Below are positions 30,111 to 41,214 of a stretch of DNA of 64,000 bases, one piece after another (the stretch's first letter is position 1; every line of letters begins with the position of its first letter). Location of the stretch: contig JALWRC010000095.1 of assembly GCA_027080725.1 (NCBI GenBank), positions 7,415 to 71,414 of the forward strand, written 5' to 3'. The notes under the pieces are model-generated. The model searched no databases and was not told the origin of the DNA. It saw nothing but the letters and a program-made list of their open reading frames with translations. This DNA comes from Saprospiraceae bacterium. GTDB lineage: Bacteria > Bacteroidota > Bacteroidia > Chitinophagales > Saprospiraceae. A program made the position numbers and the translations under genes.

Positions 30111-33100
30111 ATGAAACGAATTCAAACTCTTTATGAACGGAAAGGATTGATGCGTGCACTTCTCTTTGTTCTGTTCGCTTTTGCCGGCGTACAGTCCTAT
30201 GCGCAGTGCTCACTCAACCCAACCGTTGGCGGCGTTGCGACGTCAATCATTAGCCCGGCGACGCACACGATTCAGTTGCTGCCGGGTGAATGCTGTTCGG
30301 ATGCGGATGTGATTTTCGCACTCAGCAATGTCGGTTGCGCAGGTTGTACCGCCAATGACGTTACGATTACTTTTCCAGATGGAAGTGGCAGATTTATTTC
30401 CAGTGTAGATCGAGTCACGGATGAGTGCTGGCCTATTGGTACCACTCATATTGTATTCAAATATGCAGATTGTGCAAATACCGGAGTGCTGGAGTATACG
30501 CTTGACTTAACGGTCAACGAATTTCAACGTACGACAACTTCCATAGCTTGTAATGACCGAGTCCAAGTATCATTGGATGGCTCTTGTAGTGCCACGGTAA
30601 CGGCAGATCTTGTCTTGCAAGGCAAGAACTATGGTTGCTATGACAAATTTGAGGTGACTGTAGAGGACAAGTTTGGAAACACAATTGACCGCGACCCCGT
30701 AACCCCCGGCGTTCAAATTGATGGATCCGATCTCGGAAATTGCTACACCACCACTATTAGGGATACCACTACTGGCAATTCCTGCTGGGGTAAGATCTGT
30801 ATTGAAGACAAACTTCCACCGCAACTTACATGCCCCAATGATACTACTGTCTCTTGTAGAGACCCTCATGACTTGACCGGATTGAATACGCCTACCGTAA
30901 GTGACGGTTGTGGCTATACGTTGACCTACACAGATAAAGTCGAAGATGGATCTTGTGCACTTAATTACAGTGCACGTGTAAAAAGAACCTGGATTGCCAA
31001 AGATGCGACCGGTAACGAAAGTACCTGCGTCCAAATCATTACGGTCGCCTTGGGCGACTTGGATTCGGTAATGCCACCTCCATCTTATGATAGTCGTCCA
31101 GGCAATAAACCGATGCTGATGTGTGATCAAAGACGAAACAACAATGATTACTCATCTCATTATAACAATCCTGCTTTCTCTTGTGGAGTGGATAATTATA
31201 TCCTGGATAGAGACTGGGCCAACACACATGGTGGGGTTCGTCGTCCTGACACTTTGGGATGGAATTATATCCAAAGTGGGAAATATGCAGGCCACCCATC
31301 TCCTGACAATGTTTACTATCCTGCAAAGCCAGGTTGTTGGGGAGAAAATGAAGTTGTCATGTGGCAAGGGACAGGTTATCCCGAAGGTGCTTCATGCTTT
31401 AATATTAACTATACTTTTGAAGATAGAAAAATCGATATCTCAGATCCGGGATGTGATGCCGGAGACGTAGGTTGTTATAAGATTTTGAGAAGATGGATAG
31501 TCTTGGACTGGTGCTCTAGCGAAGTCAAGGAGTACAACCAGATTATCAAAGTGGTGGATACTACTGGTCCTACGACTGTAGTTCCGGATGAAATTACTTT
31601 GGGTACGGATGTGTGGAAGTGTTCCGCAACATTTAATGTGCCGGATCCGGATGCAACGGATAACTGTTCGAAGGAAGTGCATTACACTGTATTCTCAGCT
31701 GATGGTACACTCCTCGGTTCAGAAGCTAGTGGTTATATCGTTGCAGATCTCGGATTGGGTACGCACAATGTGATTATCAAGACTTCTGATTGCTGTGGTA
31801 ATCACACATTGGATACAATTAAGGTGACCGTGATTGATGACAAGCCCCCGCATCCTGTTTGCGATAAGCACACGGTAGTCTCTTTGATCTCGGGCAATGG
31901 TGCCGGGGACAATATCAGCAAAGTGTATGCACGCACATTTGATGACGGTTCATATGACAACTGCAATGACTCTGTTTGGTTTAAAGTGATCCGGATGGAG
32001 GATTTGAAAGGTACCAATGATGGCTCCTATACGGACAATAAAGAATCTTGTGACGGTGCCAATGGAGATGATGACCTTGCACGTTTAGGAAATCAAGTGT
32101 ATTTTGATGACTATGTAAAATTCTGCTGTGAAGACGGTGGAAAGACCATCATGGTGGTTTTCCGTGTATTCGATGTTAATCCGGGTGCAGGACCTGTAGT
32201 GCCAAGTAGAATGACCAGCGGAAACTTGAAAGGGCACTTCTCTGATTGTATGGTCGAAGTAGAAGTACAGGATAAATCAATACCTACCGTTGTGGCTCCA
32301 CCGGATATTGTGGTGACCTGTATGTTCTGGTTTGATGATAGCAAAGAGAGCTTGGAAGACGTCAATAATAAGACGTTTGGAAGACTTGTAAAGAAAGTAG
32401 AAGACAGAGAGCCGGTTACTACACATGACAAGGTCTGCCGGTTCTTCTGTAAACCAAATGACAAGACAGGATATCCCGTACTTTCCAAGGCATGTGATTT
32501 TTACAATACGCTGTATAATAGAAATCACCCGGGAAGACAATACGATTTGACCTGGGGTAGAGACGGATATGCCTTTGGTACATGTTCCTTGGATTGTAGC
32601 ATCAAGGTAGTAGACAAACGCGAGTGCGGTCAAGGACCGATCTATCGTTACTTTACAGTCACGGCCAATGGCAAGAAGTTTACAGATGTACAAGTGATCT
32701 GGGTAGTGGACTGTGATCCATTCTACATCAGTGATAATTGTACTGACCCGTATGATGATATCAAGTGGCCGTTAAATTGCCAGGATCCTGAGATTTTGGA
32801 GGGATGTGGTGCTCAAACAAGCCCGGATAATCCCGCTCTTGGACGCCCGGTTATCGACAACGGTGGCGATGACAATTGCTCTTTGATATCTATTGATTTT
32901 GAAGACAAGAAGTACACCATCGAAGCGGATGCCTGCTACAAAATACTGAGAGACTGGGTAGTAGTGGACTGGTGTCAGTTTGACCCACGTGTTGATCTCG
33001 ATAAGGACCAAGATGGTCAAATCGACTATTGGCATCCGCATCCGGGCGAATGGCATTACCTGCAGATTATTAAGGTCATTGACCACAATCCTCCTGTGGT

Positions 33101-35009
33101 AACGGTCAAGATCGGCGACTGTGAACCCGCTATCAAAGATTCACTTTGGAAGTGCAGAGGTCACATCAATCTTTCGGCAGATGCTGATGATAAGTGTACC
33201 AAGAATAGTTGGTTGAAGTACGAATATAAGATTGACCTCAATAATGACGGAACCGTAGATTACAATGTCGGACCTGCCAAACCGGGTGATATACCATTCG
33301 TACAGAATAATCCATATGCAGACGATTCCAAAGATGCTACCAACGCGAGTGGGGTGTATCCTACAGGATGGCACCGAATTACCTGGTATGTCGAGGATGG
33401 ATGTGGAAACATCGGAGTAAAAGACACGGTTTTCCACGTCAAAGATTGTAAGAATCCTACACCGTATTGTAGAAGTGGGATTGTGACCGTCGTGATGCCT
33501 ACGACAGGCGCAATTACCGTTTGGGCTACCGACCTCAACATCGGTTCCTATGACAATTGTACCGAAGAGCAAAACCTCAAGTTCTACTTCTTCGGAGATC
33601 CCAAATGGACAGGATATGTGATCAGCTGTGATACCTTCAAGAAGTATGGTGTCCAAGGAAAGTACACGACGGAAGTAGAGATGTGGGTAGAAGACGAAGA
33701 GGGTAATGCAGATTTCTGTAGAACCACTATCGAAGTCCAGGATCCGAATAACGTATGTGATGGGGCAGATTCTCTCGCTGCTATTGGAGGGAAACTATTC
33801 ACCAATGATAGACGGGAGCTGTCCAATACCAAAGTACAACTGTTCAATGGCGGTACCATGATGAAAGAGGGCAAATCTTCCGGCAAAGGAGATTATGCAT
33901 TCTATAACTTACCAATGAATCAGGATTATTCCGTCAAGCCGCTCAATAATGACAATATTCTCAACGGTGTCAACACCAGAGACCTTGTCGCCATCCAAAG
34001 GTACTTGTTAGGTAAGATGGATATCTCTGATCCTTACACACTAATCGCTGCAGATGCCAATAACAGCGGCTCTGTTTCTACAGGGGATATCGCGGTGATT
34101 AGAAAAGTAATCTTGGGTAAGTCCAAAGCGTTCAAAGGAGTGAACAGTTGGAGATTTGTGCCGGCCAACTACTTGTTTGCAGATCCGAGAGATCCATGGC
34201 AAAGTGCTTTCCCGGAAGAGATAAAGTACGAAAAACTCAATCGCCAAATGATGAATACCAACTTTGTATCTATCAAGGTGGGTGATTTGACCGGTGACGC
34301 TAAGACCAATGGCTTGAAAGGTAGCAGTACACGTACTTCCAAAATGACCTCTCTTGTGGTCGCTGACCAGGCAGTACAAGCAGGTCAGGAGGTCATAGTG
34401 CCGGTGACTTCTACGTCTCTGAATGGTGTCGAAGGATTCCAGTTTACGATGCATTATGATCCTACTGCAGTAGAATTCGTCCAAATGAGAAGTGGCGCTA
34501 TCCAAGTCTCCAGCGACAATTACGCAGTATTTGCCGATCGAGGTGTTATTACGATGAGTTGGCATGATATTAGCAGTATATCTGTTGATGACCAGACGGC
34601 ATTGTTCTCTTTCGTGTTCAAAGGAAAGGCGAAGAGTACTTTGAGTGAGATGTTGTATATCGACTCCGATATCACTCCCGCACTGGCTTTTGATAATGAT
34701 AATACCTATGGTGTTATCATGCGATTCGCCGGACAGGAGCGGGGCGAAGGATACGTGCTCTACCAAAATACTCCGAACCCATTCGATGGAAAAACAACCA
34801 TCGGATTTGAATTGCCGGAGGATATGGATGCATCAATCAGTGTGTACAACATGTCAGGTAAATTACTAAAGGTCGCTTTTGTATCCGGTCAAAAAGGATA
34901 CAATGAAGTGGTGTTTAAAGCTGCTGATTTTGGAGCGGAAAGTGTGCTGTATTATCAGTTGAACGCCGGAAGTTTCATCTCGACCAAGAAAATGGTAATT
35001 ATGAAATAG
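30111..35009 (+). CDS. Giant T9SS-secreted surface protein: HYR-like Cys-rich modules, dockerin-like and cohesin-like modules, type-A CTD
   Basis: It has a signal peptide and repeated ...DxC...W.V.D.C... modules. It also has a Ca-loop-like DANNSGSVSTGDIAVIRKVILG, the segment VPVTSTSLNGVEGFQFTMHYDPTAVEF, and a C-terminal NTPNPFDGKTTIGFELP...SVYNMSGKLL sorting domain. Confidence 0.75.
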   Translation: MKRIQTLYERKGLMRALLFVLFAFAGVQSYAQCSLNPTVGGVATSIISPATHTIQLLPGECCSDADVIFALSNVGCAGCTANDVTITFPDGSGRFISSVDRVTDECWPIGTTHIVFKYADCANTGVLEYTLDLTVNEFQRTTTSIACNDRVQVSLDGSCSATVTADLVLQGKNYGCYDKFEVTVEDKFGNTIDRDPVTPGVQIDGSDLGNCYTTTIRDTTTGNSCWGKICIEDKLPPQLTCPNDTTVSCRDPHDLTGLNTPTVSDGCGYTLTYTDKVEDGSCALNYSARVKRTWIAKDATGNESTCVQIITVALGDLDSVMPPPSYDSRPGNKPMLMCDQRRNNNDYSSHYNNPAFSCGVDNYILDRDWANTHGGVRRPDTLGWNYIQSGKYAGHPSPDNVYYPAKPGCWGENEVVMWQGTGYPEGASCFNINYTFEDRKIDISDPGCDAGDVGCYKILRRWIVLDWCSSEVKEYNQIIKVVDTTGPTTVVPDEITLGTDVWKCSATFNVPDPDATDNCSKEVHYTVFSADGTLLGSEASGYIVADLGLGTHNVIIKTSDCCGNHTLDTIKVTVIDDKPPHPVCDKHTVVSLISGNGAGDNISKVYARTFDDGSYDNCNDSVWFKVIRMEDLKGTNDGSYTDNKESCDGANGDDDLARLGNQVYFDDYVKFCCEDGGKTIMVVFRVFDVNPGAGPVVPSRMTSGNLKGHFSDCMVEVEVQDKSIPTVVAPPDIVVTCMFWFDDSKESLEDVNNKTFGRLVKKVEDREPVTTHDKVCRFFCKPNDKTGYPVLSKACDFYNTLYNRNHPGRQYDLTWGRDGYAFGTCSLDCSIKVVDKRECGQGPIYRYFTVTANGKKFTDVQVIWVVDCDPFYISDNCTDPYDDIKWPLNCQDPEILEGCGAQTSPDNPALGRPVIDNGGDDNCSLISIDFEDKKYTIEADACYKILRDWVVVDWCQFDPRVDLDKDQDGQIDYWHPHPGEWHYLQIIKVIDHNPPVVTVKIGDCEPAIKDSLWKCRGHINLSADADDKCTKNSWLKYEYKIDLNNDGTVDYNVGPAKPGDIPFVQNNPYADDSKDATNASGVYPTGWHRITWYVEDGCGNIGVKDTVFHVKDCKNPTPYCRSGIVTVVMPTTGAITVWATDLNIGSYDNCTEEQNLKFYFFGDPKWTGYVISCDTFKKYGVQGKYTTEVEMWVEDEEGNADFCRTTIEVQDPNNVCDGADSLAAIGGKLFTNDRRELSNTKVQLFNGGTMMKEGKSSGKGDYAFYNLPMNQDYSVKPLNNDNILNGVNTRDLVAIQRYLLGKMDISDPYTLIAADANNSGSVSTGDIAVIRKVILGKSKAFKGVNSWRFVPANYLFADPRDPWQSAFPEEIKYEKLNRQMMNTNFVSIKVGDLTGDAKTNGLKGSSTRTSKMTSLVVADQAVQAGQEVIVPVTSTSLNGVEGFQFTMHYDPTAVEFVQMRSGAIQVSSDNYAVFADRGVITMSWHDISSISVDDQTALFSFVFKGKAKSTLSEMLYIDSDITPALAFDNDNTYGVIMRFAGQERGEGYVLYQNTPNPFDGKTTIGFELPEDMDASISVYNMSGKLLKVAFVSGQKGYNEVVFKAADFGAESVLYYQLNAGSFISTKKMVIMK

Positions 35010-35053
35010 AATCCCGGACAAGGGTTTTAAGATTAACCCCCACATGAGATTAG

Positions 35054-35086
35054 AGAGGTGGCTACCCCAAGCCACCTCTTTTTTTG
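35054..35086 (+). terminator. Intrinsic terminator
   Basis: AGAGGTGGC-tacccaa-GCCACCTCT followed by T7. Confidence 0.8.
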
Positions 35087-35375
35087 TGCCTAATGGTGGG
35101 ATAAATCATTCGCATGTTTTCCTTTGATACGCTGCAGAATACGGGTTTTGATGGGGTATGAAATGGTGGAGTTCCATCCCATGGGCATAAATGATCTTTC
35201 AGCGAAAACAATCATATGAGTCGGACAGTATAGAAGGGCATTACGCTTCGATCTTTAGAAGGTAAAGTGTGTAAGTGATGATTTTATTGCTTTTCAATTG
35301 GGAATAGATGAAAAAATGCCCCTGGGATAAAAACAAATTGGTTGTGTTTTATATTAATATCCTAAAGCAGCGATA

Positions 35376-35714
35376 ATGGCAAAAAAGAAAAAGTATACCT
35401 TCTATTCTACCGACCCGGATTATGAATACCAGTTTGACGATGAGCAAGGCACTGAAACAGTAGCACCCCATGCACAGAAGCTCCGGGTTTCCTTAGACCG
35501 AAAGAAGCGTGGGGGAAAAAAGGTTACGCTCGTCTCCGGCTTTATAGGGCAAGAGGAGGATTTGAAGACGTTGGGCAAGCAACTCAAAGCAAAGTGCGGG
35601 GTGGGGGGCAGCGCCAAGGACGGCGAAATCCTGATTCAAGGCGATCAAAGAAATAAAATCGTACAATTCTTGAAGGATATGGGTTATTCCAATACCAAGA
35701 AGTCCGGAGGATGA
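35376..35714 (+). CDS. yciH: SUI1/eIF1-family translation initiation factor (YciH-like)
   Basis: KKVTLVSGF...LKTLGKQLKAKCGVGGS...ILIQGDQRNKIVQFL in a 112-aa protein. Confidence 0.85.
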   Translation: MAKKKKYTFYSTDPDYEYQFDDEQGTETVAPHAQKLRVSLDRKKRGGKKVTLVSGFIGQEEDLKTLGKQLKAKCGVGGSAKDGEILIQGDQRNKIVQFLKDMGYSNTKKSGG

Positions 35715-35727
35715 TGCGAGCCCTCTG

Positions 35728-36582
35728 TCACAACTCCATACGGACCATCCGTTGTTTGCCTTGTAAGTCTTTTTTTACAGAAACTTTTTGATACCCGAGT
35801 TCTATGGCGTGCTGCCGGACCTCAGAAGCATTGAACTCATTGCATTCAAAATAAATACGCCCTCCCTTTTTTAGATGCTCTTTGCCATAAGCCATAATGG
35901 TCTTGTAAAATAGAAGTGGGTCATGGTCCGGTACAAAGAGTGCGGCACTTGGTTCATGATAGATGACGGATGCATCCATACGGTCGCGCTCGCTATACGG
36001 GATATAGGGCGGGTTGGAGACGATGATATCCCATTCATGCTGCCGTAATAAATTTTTTTCCCACTCTAATATATTCGCTTCCATAAGGTCGATATCGACT
36101 TTATGGACTTTGGCATTTTCGGCTGCTAATGACAGGGCCTCTCTCGAAATGTCGATACCCGAGACCTTTAGGGGAGGATGTTTCTTTTTTAAGACGATGG
36201 GGATACAACCACTTCCCGTACCAACATCCAGTATTGACATGGAACGCTCCGTTGAAGATTGGATATCTTGCAAAGCCCAATGCGTAAGTTCCTCAGTTTC
36301 AGGTCTTGGTATTAGTGCTCTTTTGTCCGAACGAAATTGTAATCCATAAAAATACACCGTCTTTGTGATGTACTGAATTGGTGTGCCGGACTGAATTTGC
36401 TGTACCGCTTCTTTTACCGTTTTTAGGATGGTATTGTATTCCTTAGCTGCCGCACCGTCGGCTTGTAATGGAAGCAATAAATCCTCTTTGACGGCCCGCC
36501 AACAATCTTGTATTTCCCTTGTGGTTAGAATATCTTTGAGTCCCGCCTCGAAAAACTGGTACAATTCTTGAAATACAGTCAT
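35728..36582 (-). CDS. prmC: Release-factor glutamine N5-methyltransferase
   Basis: SAM motif ILDVGTGSGCI and catalytic IIVSNPPY. Confidence 0.85.
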   Translation of the reverse strand: MTVFQELYQFFEAGLKDILTTREIQDCWRAVKEDLLLPLQADGAAAKEYNTILKTVKEAVQQIQSGTPIQYITKTVYFYGLQFRSDKRALIPRPETEELTHWALQDIQSSTERSMSILDVGTGSGCIPIVLKKKHPPLKVSGIDISREALSLAAENAKVHKVDIDLMEANILEWEKNLLRQHEWDIIVSNPPYIPYSERDRMDASVIYHEPSAALFVPDHDPLLFYKTIMAYGKEHLKKGGRIYFECNEFNASEVRQHAIELGYQKVSVKKDLQGKQRMVRMEL

Positions 36583-36860
36583 ATGTAGAAAATACTTAAT
36601 GTTTTATGGATTGAGGATGTGTTAGTACTGGTTGATTTATATTTCATAGGATTATTTTTTAGATCATTCTTAGTGGACAATTTGAGAAGGACACTTGTAT
36701 CCTTCCTCATATCTCAATGTGCCTGAATGGTCGCAACCAATAGTATACAATATGCAACTACGGTTGCAATTAAATATTTTTTCATGGGACGGTACCTTGA
36801 CGGTGATGCATCAAGCGTCAAAGCTCGTACCTGCTCTTTAAAACTACAAAAAGCAAACAG

Positions 36861-39284
36861 ATGAAGGCCTTATACCATGTACCCAAAATAGGTTTGACTG
36901 CCATCCTGCTCGGCATCATCGTTAGCATTTCATACGCGCAAGATGTCGAATTGTTCAGGATGCAGGAAGGACACACATTGGCTGCCGGTCAGATTCCCTT
37001 TGATTCTACCCTTCAGTTTATGGATGTGGATTTGACTTTGATGCATCAATTGTCTGCGGGAATTCCGGATTTCAGCCATTTCATGCTGCCGATTAAATCG
37101 AAGCGGTACACCATCCGAATGCATAAATACTCTTTGTCAGACGTGGAGGTGAAGCGTTGGGATGGGGGAGAGTCTCGACCCGTACAAGTGCGTCCTACTC
37201 CGCTTTACACCGGTGAGGTAGAAGGCGAGCCTGGAAGTATGGTGTATACCTACTCTTCCGGCGGGGCCCTTTATGGTTCGGTCCATCTTTCGCGCAAGGG
37301 GAGCTTCGATTTTGGTCCTGCACCGGGAGACAAGACAGGCAAAAAGTATGTTTTGATTAGCAAAGTTAAGGCGCACCACGGCCGGGGATTCACTTGCTCG
37401 GCAATTGATGATTTGTACTATCGGGACCGCGCCGCCATTGAGTCCAGGATTGTGCGCACGACTTGCAAGAAGGTTCGATTTTCCATTCATGCCGATTATG
37501 ATTTGTATGTCAAACTCGGGTATGACATTCAGCGTGTGGTGGATTATGTCAAAGGGGTATTCCATGGTGCATCGCAGATTTACAGAAAGGAAGGGATTCA
37601 TGTACAGTTGAGCGAGATCGTGGTTCATACGGTCGAGGACGACCTGCCACATACTTCTGCCAATGATGACCTTTGGGCATTTAAACGGGTGTTTAAGACC
37701 TACAACGGGGATCTGGTGATGTTGCTCTCCGGTTATACCGATTCTCAGGGGCATCCATCTTTGGGAGGGGTGGCCTTTACCAATAGTCTCTGTATCAAAA
37801 GCTATTCATATGCCTACGGCAATGTAGAAATCGACCCCAAGGCTTATCCGGTTTACTCGTGGGATGTACATGTCTTTACCCATGAGATAGGGCATATTTT
37901 GGGCTCTCCCCATACGCATGAATGTGTTTGGGGTCCCTTTCACAATGAGCCCATCGACGGATGTTATCCCTCTTCCAACGGGTGTCCCGCAGGGCCCATT
38001 CCCACAAAAGGGACCATTATGAGTTATTGTCACCTACCCGGAAGACCGGGAATTGATTTTACTCTTGGCTTTGGCGAAGAACCTGGCAATAAGATTAGGG
38101 CAAAAGTCGAATCGTCTTCCTGTTTGTCAGAGTATATCCCCGGCGCCGCCATACCGGTAGCAGTCGGAGTGTACCACGCCAATATCGAATGTACGGACGG
38201 GACGACTATCCATTATTATTACGATAACAACACGGTAGATGAATCAGATGATTTGTGGCTCCTCTCCATCGATACACGAGGGGAGGATATCGGTCATGTA
38301 GGAGATCCCGGTTTTGAGGTCAAAGTCGAAGTTGTCAAAAGCTCCTACGAGCCGACAGACATTACCGCACAATATGTTCCGGATGGCAAGGTGTTTCACG
38401 TGATTAATCGCTACTGGTTTGTAGGTACTTCTATGCAGCCCAATAGCCCGGTGGAAGTGCAGTTTCCTTACGAGCCTGAAGATTTTGATGGGTTGGATGC
38501 CGCCCTGGGTGGAGTGGACATGCAGCAATTGGAAGCCTACAAAATCGAACAACCTGGGACACCCAACCCACGACTGAATCACGCCGGCGCCGACACCTCC
38601 AACTATTTCCAATATACTTACGCCAATACACCTTCGATGAGTACTTGGTCGAATAGCGTGACCCCGGAAGGATTCTATCTCGCCTCATACGAATTAGATC
38701 ACTTTTCCGGCGGTGGGCTCGGGGTTTACACGCAATCCGCTTTGGCGATTACACTCAATTCCTTTTTCGTGTATAAGCACGATCCGGAGGTGGTTCTGGA
38801 ATGGGTCATTGGAGACGGGTCCACATCGCTTCGATTTGACATCCAACGCTCTACCGACGGTGTGCATTTTGAACATATCGGTCAAGTGGACGCGAGAAAT
38901 GATCAATCAAGGATAAACACCTACCATTTCATAGATAAAAGCCCTGCTTTGGGTACAAGCTATTATCGACTGAAAATGGTGGATTCGGATAGGAGTTACA
39001 CCTATTCCTCCATCCTGACTATACACCGGAGTGCGAACGATAGAGACGCGGAGCTGATAGTGGCTCCTAACCCAGTGACCGGCAGCATGGCCCAGCTGGT
39101 TTTAAGAGATGTCCCACTGCCCGCCACCCTTATGGTGTTTAACACTTTGGGTCTGAAGGTTATGGAGCAAAGAATCGTTGCAGATCGGACCGCGATTCAC
39201 CTATACTACTTGCCCTCCGGAATGTATTGGCTCGAGTTGCGTTCGAATGGTCAGTTACTAAGAAAGAATATAGTGATTCGCTGA
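36861..39284 (+). CDS. Secreted zinc metalloprotease (reprolysin/M12B-like HExxHxxGxxH) with type-A T9SS CTD
   Basis: It has HEIGHILGSPHTHE, a signal peptide, and a C-terminal APNPVTG...MVFNTLGLKV...YWLELRS sorting domain. Confidence 0.7.
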   Translation: MKALYHVPKIGLTAILLGIIVSISYAQDVELFRMQEGHTLAAGQIPFDSTLQFMDVDLTLMHQLSAGIPDFSHFMLPIKSKRYTIRMHKYSLSDVEVKRWDGGESRPVQVRPTPLYTGEVEGEPGSMVYTYSSGGALYGSVHLSRKGSFDFGPAPGDKTGKKYVLISKVKAHHGRGFTCSAIDDLYYRDRAAIESRIVRTTCKKVRFSIHADYDLYVKLGYDIQRVVDYVKGVFHGASQIYRKEGIHVQLSEIVVHTVEDDLPHTSANDDLWAFKRVFKTYNGDLVMLLSGYTDSQGHPSLGGVAFTNSLCIKSYSYAYGNVEIDPKAYPVYSWDVHVFTHEIGHILGSPHTHECVWGPFHNEPIDGCYPSSNGCPAGPIPTKGTIMSYCHLPGRPGIDFTLGFGEEPGNKIRAKVESSSCLSEYIPGAAIPVAVGVYHANIECTDGTTIHYYYDNNTVDESDDLWLLSIDTRGEDIGHVGDPGFEVKVEVVKSSYEPTDITAQYVPDGKVFHVINRYWFVGTSMQPNSPVEVQFPYEPEDFDGLDAALGGVDMQQLEAYKIEQPGTPNPRLNHAGADTSNYFQYTYANTPSMSTWSNSVTPEGFYLASYELDHFSGGGLGVYTQSALAITLNSFFVYKHDPEVVLEWVIGDGSTSLRFDIQRSTDGVHFEHIGQVDARNDQSRINTYHFIDKSPALGTSYYRLKMVDSDRSYTYSSILTIHRSANDRDAELIVAPNPVTGSMAQLVLRDVPLPATLMVFNTLGLKVMEQRIVADRTAIHLYYLPSGMYWLELRSNGQLLRKNIVIR

Positions 39285-39423
39285 TAGATTGGAGTAAACT
39301 GTTTTGCCTGAATTGTCTCGTATGAAATGGTCGATATTTTCCATTCACATTAAATTTATTCTTAATGCATTATATTTTTATAATTAAATGCTTATAAATT
39401 AGGAATGATTGGCAAATCCTTTT

Positions 39424-39431
39424 TAAATTTG
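39424..39431 (+). promoter_or_regulatory. -7 promoter box TAaaTTTG
   Basis: Matches TAnnTTTG and lies 98 bp upstream of ATG 39529. Confidence 0.4.
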
Positions 39432-39528
39432 CGCTGCAATACGTCTAAGTCACTTGTTTGCTTATGATTATATCGGCAGATGAACGGCGTAGTTCGAATT
39501 AGGTCTTACTTACAAGAAATATGTTGTT

Positions 39529-41148
39529 ATGAATAAGTATTTACTCGCCCTCGTTCTCTCCTTTGTTGTATTTTTTTCGCTAAGTGCACAACATTCGGGG
39601 ATGAAAAATGGGGTATTCTTCAAAAGGGTATTCGCCGACTACCAGACTCCAGAAGGAGGTAGTTTTTTTAATTTCAAATCCTATCGCCCCGCATGGGAGA
39701 TGGGCTACAATCGTCAATTGTTTCCACATTTGAATCTGTCAATACCTATAAGAGCCGGGGTCTACTCGGTCAATTCAGAAAATTCTGTCAATCGGCCCTA
39801 CTTTGGCGCGGATCTTCTGTTGCAGTACTACTTCGGTGGAGATAAGCATGTTATTTTACCTTTTGTGTTTGGAGGAGTTGGGGGGCATAGAGCGTATGAT
39901 GGTTCGTTGAACATTCAAGCTCCCGTCGGGGCCGGATTGTTTATTCGGATGTATGACGGTGCGTACTTTACCGCTGATGCATCATATAGATTTGGCACAA
40001 AGAAAAGCAACTTGCAGTATGGTGTGGGATTTGTCTACTCCCTCAATAAATTGGTAGAAAAGATGAAAATTTCTGATACAGGGAAAAGGTCCATGGATAG
40101 TGATGGGGACGGCATCATTGATGAATTGGATTTATGTCCTTCGATTGCCGGTTTGGAGAAGTTCATGGGATGTCCTGACTCTGATGAGGATGGGATAGAG
40201 GATAGCAAGGACAAATGTCCCGATGTGGCAGGGCCGAAATCGCTAATGGGATGTCCCGATAGCGATGGGGATGGTGTCGCCGACGTAGAAGACACATGCC
40301 CCAATCTTAAAGGAGTGGCATCCAATCATGGCTGTCCGGAGACTGCGGCTGATAGTGATAAGGATGGAGTTCCTGATGATAAAGACAAATGTCCGGATGT
40401 CGCCGGTTCGTCCTCTACCATGGGCTGTCCCGACACGGATGGTGACGGAATTGCGGATTACGAAGACAATTGCCCCAATTTGAAAGGCGTGGCTTCCAAT
40501 CACGGCTGCCCGGGCGTCTTGGATAGCGACGGAGACGGAGTCTCTGATAGTGAGGATAATTGTCCAAATATCAAAGGATTGGCGTCTAATCACGGTTGCC
40601 CGGGAATTGCAGATAGTGACGGAGATGGCATCGAAGATAGTAAAGATAAATGTCCTAATCAGGTAGGTGTTATCCAGTTTAGTGGTTGTCCGGATAGTGA
40701 TGGAGACGGCATTCCCGATAGTGAGGACTATTGTCCTAACACCAGAGGACCGAAGAGTACACACGGTTGTCCTGAGATTAAGAAGGAAGACCGGGATGTA
40801 TTGGATATCGCGATGCGCGCTGTTCAGTTTGAGACCGGTAAGGCGACGTTAAAATACTCTTCGTTCACCATTTTGGATAAAATCGCCGAAATTATGCGAA
40901 AATACCGGGATTATAATTTGATCATCAGTGGCCATACCGATAATACCGGTCGTGCTGTTATCAATCAAAGACTGTCCGAACGCCGGGCAAAAGCCTGTTA
41001 CGAATACCTCATTAATAAGGGAGTCGCACCATCAAGAATGCGCTATGCTGGATATGGAGAATCCCGGCCTATCGCCGATAACTTGACAGCACAAGGGCGA
41101 GCCCTTAACCGCAGAGTCGAATTTAAATTAGTGCCTTCAAGAAGATAG
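39529..41148 (+). CDS. OmpA-family protein with thrombospondin type-3 (Ca-binding) repeats
   Basis: It has an N-terminal beta-barrel-like region and about ten DSDGDGIxDxxDxCP repeats. The C-terminal OmpA domain carries ISGHTDNTG...NQRLSERRA...NRRVEF. Confidence 0.85.
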   Translation: MNKYLLALVLSFVVFFSLSAQHSGMKNGVFFKRVFADYQTPEGGSFFNFKSYRPAWEMGYNRQLFPHLNLSIPIRAGVYSVNSENSVNRPYFGADLLLQYYFGGDKHVILPFVFGGVGGHRAYDGSLNIQAPVGAGLFIRMYDGAYFTADASYRFGTKKSNLQYGVGFVYSLNKLVEKMKISDTGKRSMDSDGDGIIDELDLCPSIAGLEKFMGCPDSDEDGIEDSKDKCPDVAGPKSLMGCPDSDGDGVADVEDTCPNLKGVASNHGCPETAADSDKDGVPDDKDKCPDVAGSSSTMGCPDTDGDGIADYEDNCPNLKGVASNHGCPGVLDSDGDGVSDSEDNCPNIKGLASNHGCPGIADSDGDGIEDSKDKCPNQVGVIQFSGCPDSDGDGIPDSEDYCPNTRGPKSTHGCPEIKKEDRDVLDIAMRAVQFETGKATLKYSSFTILDKIAEIMRKYRDYNLIISGHTDNTGRAVINQRLSERRAKACYEYLINKGVAPSRMRYAGYGESRPIADNLTAQGRALNRRVEFKLVPSRR

Positions 41149-41181
41149 CGTATTCCAGGGTATTTAGATAGAATAATGCCA

Positions 41182-41214
41182 AGAGGGCAAGCAGGATGCT
41201 TGCCCTCTTTTTTT
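41182..41214 (+). terminator. Intrinsic terminator
   Basis: AGAGGGCAAGC-agga-TGCTTGCCCTCT followed by T6. Confidence 0.8.

Noticed and set aside
40080-40790. An apparent DNA tandem repeat lies in the OmpA-family gene.
   Set aside because: The periodicity reflects protein-level thrombospondin type-3 Ca-binding repeats (DSDGDGIxDxxDxCP). The nucleotide sequences are diverged, so this is not a VNTR or a mobile repeat.
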